Below, in pieces: positions 1 to 6,633 of a DNA stretch of 24,267 bases. Every line of letters starts with the position of its first letter. Positions within the stretch are counted from its first letter, which is position 1. Origin of the DNA: a virus. Taxonomy: Duplodnaviria; Caudoviricetes. Under the pieces are notes generated by a model. It was not told the DNA's origin, did not search any database, and saw only the letters and a list, made by a program, of their open reading frames with translations. The translations under genes and the position numbers were made by a program. The stretch is taken from positions 1 to 24,267 of the IMG/VR virus record IMGVR_UViG_3300013767_000182; one strand, written 5' to 3'.

Positions 1-108
1 CCAGATCATCTGATGGCTTTCCTCAAGGAGCACTCCTTATGCGGAGCCGAATCGCCCCAGGCCCGCGAACCTAAGACCAAGCCTACCAAGAACCCAGCAT
101 TACGCTGA
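1..108 (+). CDS. 3' end of a putative tyrosine recombinase (RIT third recombinase-like), partial
   Basis: Frame +1: PDHLMAFLKEHSLCGAESPQAREPKTKPTKNPALR*, TGA at 106-108. Only 35 codons are visible. Confidence 0.5.
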   Translation, partial: PDHLMAFLKEHSLCGAESPQAREPKTKPTKNPALR

Positions 109-119
109 ACCTCGCATTA
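1..119 (+). mobile_element. Probable right end of a RIT (recombinase-in-trio) tyrosine-recombinase element, truncated by the window edge
   Basis: TTATGCGG at 37-44. On the minus strand TAATGCGA-N9-TAATGCTG (119-112, 102-95), matching the T(A/T)ATGCxx-N9-T(A/T)ATGCxx end architecture I recall for RIT elements. Frame +1 reads PDHLMAFLK, like third-recombinase C-termini. Confidence 0.65.
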
Positions 120-151
120 GCGCTGTAATGCTGAATTCAGCATTACAGCGC
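120..151. repeat. Perfect 32-bp palindrome GCGCTGTAATGCTGAATTCAGCATTACAGCGC
   Basis: Self-reverse-complementary by direct reading, centred on GAATTC. It contains the TAA stop (143-145) of the last tail gene. Confidence 0.97.
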
Positions 152-802
152 GTAGACGATGAGGAAGAAGTCCATCGGGAAGGTTGCGGTGGTCGAGAAC
201 GAGGTCTCGTAGGTCTGGACGCGGACGACGTTGTTGGCGATGCCGTTCGCGGAGGCGAACACGCCGTTGCCGGTGATCGCGCCGCACGCGATCGGGATCA
301 GCGTCGTGTTGTTGCCGGCTGCCGCGAGCTGCAGCGTGATGTCGTAGGTGCCGTTCGGGGGATTGCCGCCCGGCGCGCCGTACCACTTGATGCTCTGGAT
401 CCCGAATCCGACGGCCAGCACTCCGTTGCCAAGGACATGCGCAAGCGCGATCGGGCACGCGTCGCCGTAGAGCATGCCCTTCTGGACCGCCGTCCCAGGC
501 ATCGCGGTCGAGAGCGCCCGGGCGCCGACGCTAACAGCGCCGCCGGCCGATATGTTGCCGCCCGATTGAAGCGACGCACACTGGACCGTCCCGCCGATGT
601 TCGCGTTGCCCTTGGCCGAGAGCCCGCCCGCGGGCGGCACGGCGTCGTTACCGCCCCAGCCGTCGAGCACCAGCCCGGCGAAGCTGTACGTGCCGAGGAA
701 CGCGCGAACAATCGCGCTTTGAATGGCGTTCAGGTCCGATGCTTTGATCGGCGGCGTCGAGCCGGGCAAGTACGTACGAAGGGGGCTCGTAGGCCAGGCC
801 AT
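143..802 (-). CDS. Short tail fibre / receptor-binding-like protein (219 aa)
   Basis: ATG at 802 preceded by GAAGGGGAG. N-terminal 'ASDLNAIQSAI' resembles fibre baseplate anchors, followed by Gly-rich beta repeats and a beta-rich C-terminus (GTYDITL...VRVQTY...DFFLIVY). Lies downstream of the gp48-like gene. Confidence 0.7.
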   Translation of the reverse strand: MAWPTSPLRTYLPGSTPPIKASDLNAIQSAIVRAFLGTYSFAGLVLDGWGGNDAVPPAGGLSAKGNANIGGTVQCASLQSGGNISAGGAVSVGARALSTAMPGTAVQKGMLYGDACPIALAHVLGNGVLAVGFGIQSIKWYGAPGGNPPNGTYDITLQLAAAGNNTTLIPIACGAITGNGVFASANGIANNVVRVQTYETSFSTTATFPMDFFLIVYAL

Positions 803-804
803 GC

Positions 805-1017
805 TCAACTCCCCTTCGCGAACAGCTGCAGCATGCCGGGCGCGCGCGCGAGCGCCGGCACGAGCGCGAAGCGGCACTCGTCGAGGATGCGCGCGACGAG
901 CGCGGCCGACGCGTCCTCGGGAAGATGCGCGCCAGTCTCCGCCGCCTGCACGATCGCAGCGGCGAACGCACGCGCCGTGTGCAGAAGCTCGAAGAGCGCG
1001 TCCTCGTACAGGCGCAC
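805..1017 (-). CDS. Small helical hypothetical protein (~70 aa; start uncertain)
   Basis: Fills the gap between the gp48-like and fibre genes with strongly GC3-biased codons. GTG at 1017 (ATG alternatives at 1044 and 1065 overlap the upstream gene). Stop lies 2 nt before the next ATG. Confidence 0.6.
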   Translation of the reverse strand: MRLYEDALFELLHTARAFAAAIVQAAETGAHLPEDASAALVARILDECRFALVPALARAPGMLQLFAKGS

Positions 1018-1024
1018 GTCGACG

Positions 1025-1987
1025 TCATCCGGGCAGGCAGGCATCGGGCAGAGAGGTCGGGTCATCGGGAATCGCGAGCAGGCTGGTCAGGATCGCGCCA
1101 TCCGAGTGCGCGTGCTCGATGCGCGCGATCGCCGCGCGCACGGCTTCCGGGTCCGCGGGCGTGCCGTTCTTGCCGGCGAGCTGCGGGTCGAGGTACACGC
1201 CGAAGGAGCACAGGTCGCCGGAGAGTCCATTCCGCCCCGCTCCTTCGACGAACAGCGACCAGCGCGCAATCCCCGGCGCCGCGGCGCCGAACGCGGTCGC
1301 GATCAAGATCACGGTCCAGGTCCCGCCGCACACGTCGCCGGCGAACTCCGGCGCGAACAGTCGATACTTCGTCGACCGAGGCAGGCTCGCCGATGCCCAG
1401 GTCTTGACCCGATTCGATGGCGAGGCGAGATAGATGACGAACGGCGCGGCCGAGCTGCCCTGAAGCTCGAGGTCGAGCTGCGCGCCCGCGCGGCTCACGA
1501 TTCCGCCGTCGAAGACGTAGGCCCGCGCGACTATGAACGTCGCTGGAGCGTGCGAGGCCCCGTCCGAGTAGCTGTGAGCCGCGCGCATCTTGACCCGGTC
1601 GGTCTCGACGATGAGGAGCTTTCCCGAATCGACGTAGCCGAGAAGCGGCGCCAAGATCGCGCGCGCGTTCGCCAGCGTGAACGCGCCGAACTCGCGGAGC
1701 TTGCCCACCACGGCCGCTTGCCGCTGCACCACCGTGCCGTTTCGGGCCGTGTAGCTCCACGCGATGCCGAGCGCCGTTTCCCAATCGGCGAGCTTGTCGA
1801 TTGCGGTCGCGGGATTGAGCTCGCGCCTGAGCCGGTCGACGAGGTCGTAGCCGAGGGTCTTCAGAGCCTCGGCCAGCCCGTCGAGAAAGCGACTGACCTT
1901 GGACGCTGGCGTGTACCAGTCGTAGAGCTGCCCGGGCGGAAAGAGCTGCAGCAAGATCCCGCGCACGTCTTTGATCGAGAGCGGCAT
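1025..1987 (-). CDS. Baseplate wedge protein, Mu gp48/DUF2313-like, with inserted beta domain
   Basis: 'LLQLFPPG', 'RELNPATAIDKLADWETALG', 'QRQAAVVGKL' and C-terminal 'IARIEHAHS' (cf. KPAHT). Follows baseplate J. Confidence 0.85.
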   Translation of the reverse strand: MPLSIKDVRGILLQLFPPGQLYDWYTPASKVSRFLDGLAEALKTLGYDLVDRLRRELNPATAIDKLADWETALGIAWSYTARNGTVVQRQAAVVGKLREFGAFTLANARAILAPLLGYVDSGKLLIVETDRVKMRAAHSYSDGASHAPATFIVARAYVFDGGIVSRAGAQLDLELQGSSAAPFVIYLASPSNRVKTWASASLPRSTKYRLFAPEFAGDVCGGTWTVILIATAFGAAAPGIARWSLFVEGAGRNGLSGDLCSFGVYLDPQLAGKNGTPADPEAVRAAIARIEHAHSDGAILTSLLAIPDDPTSLPDACLPG

Positions 1988-1990
1988 CGG

Positions 1991-3487
1991 TCAGTCGGTG
2001 ATCGCGATCGAATGGACGACGAGGAGCTCGGGCGCATCCCCGGTTGCATCGGTGGCCTGGCGGTCTTGCGCCATGCCGTCGACGGTGACGCCGCCCGGAA
2101 GGACGTTGCGGCAGAGCGGCGCGCCCTTTTCGTTCTTCAGGTCGAGCACGAGCTGGATGAGCCGCGCGATCGAGCAGGTGTCGTCCCAGGGGTCGTTCGG
2201 GTCGGCGTAGCCGGACTGCCGCGATGGCCCGAGCGAATCGACGTAGCCCAGGACCGCCCGCGCCGCCGGCGCCACCACGGGACCGCCCGGGAACACCACA
2301 TCCCCTACGTTAATGATAGCGGTCGCTGGCCCCTGCTGGACGGTCAGGACCGCCCCCGCCACCGCCATGCAGGGTAGTAGGAGCGGTACCGCCTGGGCGC
2401 CGGCGCCCGAGGCCACCACCTGCAAGAGCGGCCATCGGCTCGAAAGACCGGTCGCGGCACGGGCCACGGACGCGACCAGGTCGGCCGGAGCCGGCTGGTT
2501 GAGCGTGAGCGTCGCCGGCCCAGCTCCCGGCGGCGCATACGCGGCAACTGTGTAGCTTGCGCCGGCCGTCCAATCGAAGGCGTACTTCGGCGACGGCTGA
2601 AGGCGAATCCTGATCGCAATGCCCGGCGCAACGGTCCTCGGAAGCAGCGTCTGGTACCCCTCCACGGTGACCGGGCGAACCGAGCCGACGTGCGCGTCGA
2701 CCGCGTCCTTGACCGCGCTCGACGGCACGCGGGCGATTCCGCTTCCATCGGTCGCGATGACGACGTGCACAGTGTCCGTGCCGCCGCGGAGCGGATAGAC
2801 GTACGCGCGATAGACACCGCCGACCGACTCCGCCCACGAGCGGTAGTCGTTCGCGGCACCGCCCTTCGGCGGCCGCTGCATCCGGTCGAGCGTGCGACCC
2901 AGCAGGCTCGCATCCGATTCTCCGTCGAGGGCGCCTCTCAGCGGCGAAGTCAGCGTCACGGTCGAGTCGGCGCCGCTCGGCGGCGACTGCCAGGTGAGCA
3001 CCGTGCCCGCGGGAAGGTTGCCGGCGGAGCCGGGCGTGACCGCGACGAATTTTCCGGCGACCGAGCCGGCGCCAGGTGGTGCGCCTGCGATCGCGACCGC
3101 GCCTGACAAGGCCACCTCGGTCTGGCCATCGGGCGCCGTCAGGAACGCGCCGTCGGGAAACACCGTGCCGAGCGTGCCTCTGCACAGGCCCTGCCCACCG
3201 GTCGCGCGTGTCGGCTCCTTCGGTCCGAAGTCCCCGTCGACATCCGACGGCACACCGAACACGAACGCCCAATCCGCAAGTCCCTGCGAAGAGGTCCGCT
3301 CCGACGGCGGCGACTCGGCATCCACCGCGGCGACCGCGCGCAAAAGGCCGTAGATCGCCATCGCCACCGCGCGCGCCGTCTTTCCGAGGAACGACTCCGC
3401 ATGATCGTCCTTGCCGGGAAATCGGTTGCGAAAGAAGGCGAGGACCTGTTGCCAGAGCGTGTCGTAGTCGGGCAGCGAGATCGGCAT
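1991..3487 (-). CDS. Baseplate J-like protein (Mu gp47)
   Basis: 'AVTPGSAGNLPAGT', 'GALDGESDASL', 'PPKGGAANDYRSWAESVGGV.RAYVYPLRGG' and 'RPVT' are typical of baseplate J proteins. Confidence 0.93.
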   Translation of the reverse strand: MPISLPDYDTLWQQVLAFFRNRFPGKDDHAESFLGKTARAVAMAIYGLLRAVAAVDAESPPSERTSSQGLADWAFVFGVPSDVDGDFGPKEPTRATGGQGLCRGTLGTVFPDGAFLTAPDGQTEVALSGAVAIAGAPPGAGSVAGKFVAVTPGSAGNLPAGTVLTWQSPPSGADSTVTLTSPLRGALDGESDASLLGRTLDRMQRPPKGGAANDYRSWAESVGGVYRAYVYPLRGGTDTVHVVIATDGSGIARVPSSAVKDAVDAHVGSVRPVTVEGYQTLLPRTVAPGIAIRIRLQPSPKYAFDWTAGASYTVAAYAPPGAGPATLTLNQPAPADLVASVARAATGLSSRWPLLQVVASGAGAQAVPLLLPCMAVAGAVLTVQQGPATAIINVGDVVFPGGPVVAPAARAVLGYVDSLGPSRQSGYADPNDPWDDTCSIARLIQLVLDLKNEKGAPLCRNVLPGGVTVDGMAQDRQATDATGDAPELLVVHSIAITD

Positions 3488-3509
3488 CGTCCTCTACCGC
3501 GCGTGTTCG

Positions 3510-3908
3510 TCAGTAATCGAGTGGCGGGATGCGAATCGACGCCGCGCGACCGCCGGCGGTCTTCCACGCGATGTGGAACCCGTAGCGGCCCGGCCGGACC
3601 CGCTCCGCGCTCACCGCCAGATCGCGAACGCGGCCATCCGCGACGGCAGGCGCGAGCGCTTCCTCGAGGCGCGCGACCAGCTCCGACTGCGTCGTGCGAG
3701 TGTCGTTGCGGAGGGTGTCGAGGCGCGACCCGCGCTTGCCGGTCTGATCGGCCCACCACCGGCCTTGCCACTCGAGCACGAGCGACAGCACCGTGTGCGC
3801 CTCGGTGTCGTCGAAGACGGGATTCGGCCCCTCCCAGTCGAGGTCGAACCGGCCGTTGGACGGGTTGCGAACGAGCGCGACGTCGCTGCCGTCGTCGGAG
3901 AGCGGCAT
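3510..3908 (-). CDS. Mu gp46-like baseplate protein
   Basis: 'HTVLSLVL...GRWWAD..GKRGSRL.TL' and 'EEALAPAVADGRV'. Lies between spike and J. Confidence 0.88.
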   Translation of the reverse strand: MPLSDDGSDVALVRNPSNGRFDLDWEGPNPVFDDTEAHTVLSLVLEWQGRWWADQTGKRGSRLDTLRNDTRTTQSELVARLEEALAPAVADGRVRDLAVSAERVRPGRYGFHIAWKTAGGRAASIRIPPLDY

Positions 3909-3912
3909 TCGA

Positions 3913-4536
3913 TCACCCAGTCTTGGTCTTGCCGCTCGCCGACGAGATCTTGCCCTTGAGCGCGATCGTCGCGGCCCCTGACGGCGTCGGGCTCGGCATC
4001 GCGCCGCCCGGCGCGACGTAGGTCAGCGCAGCGGGCGGACCGGGGACGAAGATGAGCGTGCCGCAGTCGACATCGTCGTCGAGGCGCGCAACCCCGCGGT
4101 CACCGCCCTGGAGGCTCACGATCTTGCCGTCGGCAGAGCGCGCGTTCACGTTGCCGTCTCGATCGAGCCGCACCTCGACGCCGGCGATGCTCGAGTAGAG
4201 CGCGACCTCGCCGTCCTCGAGGTCGCTCGGACCGTAGCGTCGCGAGTCCTCGGCGACCGTGACGTTGTTGGTGGGCCCGCCGGTGGCGGCGACCCTCAGC
4301 GCCCAGACGTCCTTCGGCGGGCGGGAGCGGAAGCCGAAGTGCTGCATGCGCCGCACCTCGTAGTCGTACGCTTCCTCCCCGACTCCTTCGGTTCGGTAGC
4401 CGGCGACCTTGTCGTGCTCGCCCGAGCTCGTCGACCGCGTCACCTGGGTGAACTGGATCGCGTTGGCCACCACTTGGCGCGCGTACTCTCGCAGCTCGGC
4501 GCGCAGCGCCCGCAGTCGTTCGAAGATCTCGCTCAT
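3913..4536 (-). CDS. Baseplate spike (Mu gp45/gpV-like), 207 aa
   Basis: ATG at 4536 overlaps the upstream TGA (ATGA). 'RMQHFGFRSRPP' and 'EDSRRY.PSDLEDGEVALY' are gp45 hallmarks. Confidence 0.9.
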   Translation of the reverse strand: MSEIFERLRALRAELREYARQVVANAIQFTQVTRSTSSGEHDKVAGYRTEGVGEEAYDYEVRRMQHFGFRSRPPKDVWALRVAATGGPTNNVTVAEDSRRYGPSDLEDGEVALYSSIAGVEVRLDRDGNVNARSADGKIVSLQGGDRGVARLDDDVDCGTLIFVPGPPAALTYVAPGGAMPSPTPSGAATIALKGKISSASGKTKTG

Positions 4537-5690
4537 GCTCGTAGGAGTCCCGGCTTCCGGCAGGTCAGCGTCGTCGTCTGCCCGGGCGGATCGACACGCC
4601 CCGCATACCGGACAGCGCTCACGTAGTACGTGCCCTCGACGCCGTTGACCGTGTCGTGAAGGTCCACGCCCGTGTCGGGTTCGAAGAAGACGCCGTTCTG
4701 GACGTGGCCCTTCACCTGGCAGGTGTACTGCCACGCATCGAACAGGCCGCGCTCCGCCTTCCAGCGCGCGCGGTCGGTCGCCTGATCTTTGGTGAGCTGG
4801 TCGCCGTCGGAGAACGTGAACCGCCGCGCGAATGGCAGCGGTCGGGCGTTGTCTGGCGCGCGATACGTGCCGCGAAAACGCCCTTCGTTCGGGTTGGTGG
4901 CGCTCACCATGTTCGGTGGCAGCACCACCGTTCCGACGCAGACGACCTCGGTGTACAGGCTGTCGATGGTCTCGTACAGCGTCGCCCGCTCGATGTTGTT
5001 GAGCTGTCTTCGCGCCGGTTCCGAGTGCAAGTGGAACGAGTACAGCGGAGTCGGGTTAGACTGCGGCGTCCAGATCTGCAGGTACCCATCCGACGACACA
5101 TTGACGAGCTGGCGTGCACGCCGAGCGTAGAGGATGAGCAGGTCCGCGATCATCTCCCCCGGCTCGACCTGGATCGGCGGGATCAGCGCGCTCACCGATC
5201 CCGAGAGCTGTTGCACCGCGCCCGTGCGCCCCAGCTTGAGCGCGCGGTTGGTGTCGTTGTCGGTGCGGACGCCGGCGAAGCTCCACGATGGATCGAGCAC
5301 GCGCTCGAGCAGCGTCTTGAACCGAATCCCGCGGAGCCTCAGCCAGAGCGGCGCGACGTTGTTGAGAAGGTGCCAGCCGAGGTCGGCGCCGCCGACGGTG
5401 AGTTTGGTGCCCGCATCAGGCGAGCACTCGACCTGCCGCGTGGTGACCAGGCCCTTGAGCTTCCGGATCTTCCGGCCTGCCGACACGTCGGGATGCGACA
5501 CGTAGAGCTCGAACGGATCGCCGAGCTTGATCTTGCCGTTCAGCTTTCCGTCGGGATTCGGGATGCGCACCGAGCACGGATCTCCGAGCTGGAGCACGTC
5601 GGTGTCGTAGGCGTATTCGGAAATCCTCGAATACTCATCGCCCGCGATCACCACCGACACCTGGGCGAGGCGCTGGGAAGCATTCGGCAT
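4533..5690 (-). CDS. Baseplate hub protein (Mu gpP/gp44-like)
   Basis: 385 aa with 'QVEPGE', 'SSDGYLQI', 'RARWKAER' and 'TTTLTC.KPG'. Lies between the gpN-like gene and the spike. Confidence 0.87.
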   Translation of the reverse strand: MPNASQRLAQVSVVIAGDEYSRISEYAYDTDVLQLGDPCSVRIPNPDGKLNGKIKLGDPFELYVSHPDVSAGRKIRKLKGLVTTRQVECSPDAGTKLTVGGADLGWHLLNNVAPLWLRLRGIRFKTLLERVLDPSWSFAGVRTDNDTNRALKLGRTGAVQQLSGSVSALIPPIQVEPGEMIADLLILYARRARQLVNVSSDGYLQIWTPQSNPTPLYSFHLHSEPARRQLNNIERATLYETIDSLYTEVVCVGTVVLPPNMVSATNPNEGRFRGTYRAPDNARPLPFARRFTFSDGDQLTKDQATDRARWKAERGLFDAWQYTCQVKGHVQNGVFFEPDTGVDLHDTVNGVEGTYYVSAVRYAGRVDPPGQTTTLTCRKPGLLRA

Positions 5691-5700
5691 CGAGATCGGG

Positions 5701-6633
5701 TCAAACGGTTGGCGGTGCCAACGTCAACAGCGTGCCCGGCGCGATCGCGGCCGGGTTAGGGATGAAGCCAGAGTTGTTGGCCAAGATCTCGTCGATGCGG
5801 GAGAGGCCGCCTGGCCCATAGAACCGCACCGCCAGCGCCGCGATCTGCGTCATCGATGGCACCTCATAGACGATGAGCGCGGGCGCCCGCGTCGTGCGCA
5901 CCGCCCCGTCGAGTTGCACGCAGTCGTCGTAGAGGAGCTCGATGAGCGCGAACATCTCGTAGCGCGCGGCATCGTCACCGGTGGTCGGGTCGGCGCGAAT
6001 CGCTTCCCGCGCGGACGCGGCGCCGAGCTCCACCTGGGCAAGCTGGGACTCGAGCAGCCGACCGTAGCTCAGCGCCTGCTCGGTTTGGTCAGCCGCAGCC
6101 TGCGCGTAGCCGAGCGCGGTCGTCACGTACCGGCCGATGTTGTTCGCGACCCGGCCTTGCTTCGCTGCGCGCTGAAGGAGCGCCGCGCCGTGCGCCTCGG
6201 TGCGCTCCTGAATCGCGCGCGGGCCCGAAGTCTGCGATTGAACCGCAGCGCCGAGCTGGTTCTCGATGAACGTCAGCGGGACGATGTAGAGGTTCGCGGC
6301 GAGCTCGACGTTCATCGCCGCATCCTGGTAGCCCTCGCACACCGCCGGCATCTGGCCATAAACGGGATGGACCAGCAGCCCCGACGGATCTTGATCGAGC
6401 GAGGCCGCGAGCGGCAGCCAGTCTGCGCGCCAGCTCGATCCGGCATAGGCGAGCATCGCCTTCACCTGGTGCGGCTTTCTGCCGAGCACCTCGACCTCGG
6501 CGCCATCTTTCTTGATGTACCGATGGGGCGCGAGCGACTGCTGCCGAGTGTCCCTCCACTCGGTGAGGTTCTTTGATAGGTCGATCCCCTTGAACGAGCA
6601 GCCCTGAAAGCCGTTGACGACGGGCTTCGCCAT
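5701..6633 (-). CDS. Mu gpN-like (DNA circularization N-terminal domain) tube initiator with C-terminal LysM-like motif
   Basis: 'CSFKGI...HRY..KDGAEVEVLGRK...GLLVHPVYG' and C-terminal 'LAVRFYG...EILANN...NPAAIAPGTLL'. TGATG overlap with the tape measure stop. Confidence 0.87.
   Translation of the reverse strand: MAKPVVNGFQGCSFKGIDLSKNLTEWRDTRQQSLAPHRYIKKDGAEVEVLGRKPHQVKAMLAYAGSSWRADWLPLAASLDQDPSGLLVHPVYGQMPAVCEGYQDAAMNVELAANLYIVPLTFIENQLGAAVQSQTSGPRAIQERTEAHGAALLQRAAKQGRVANNIGRYVTTALGYAQAAADQTEQALSYGRLLESQLAQVELGAASAREAIRADPTTGDDAARYEMFALIELLYDDCVQLDGAVRTTRAPALIVYEVPSMTQIAALAVRFYGPGGLSRIDEILANNSGFIPNPAAIAPGTLLTLAPPTV

Noticed and set aside
120-151. Palindrome as a protelomerase (hairpin telomere) site or intrinsic terminator
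   Set aside because: No protelomerase is visible and there is no U-tract. Identity of its arms with the adjacent element-end motif explains it better.
143-330. DGR variable region at the fibre C-terminus followed by a hairpin
   Set aside because: No template repeat or reverse transcriptase in the window, and no C-type-lectin-like terminal motif.
648-1028. 126-aa ORF starting at the ATGA overlap with the gp48-like stop
   Set aside because: Arg/Ser/Cys-rich off-frame composition and overlap with the fibre gene. The 805-1017 frame has better codon bias.
128-2377. 749-aa + strand ORF
   Set aside because: Arg-rich antisense shadow of the real baseplate and fibre genes, expected in high-GC coding DNA.
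4537-4734. N-terminal extension of the spike ORF (likewise the long starts at 877, 11520, 15780, 22408 and 23588)
   Set aside because: These overlap upstream genes or lack an RBS. Downstream starts give coupled or RBS-supported genes.
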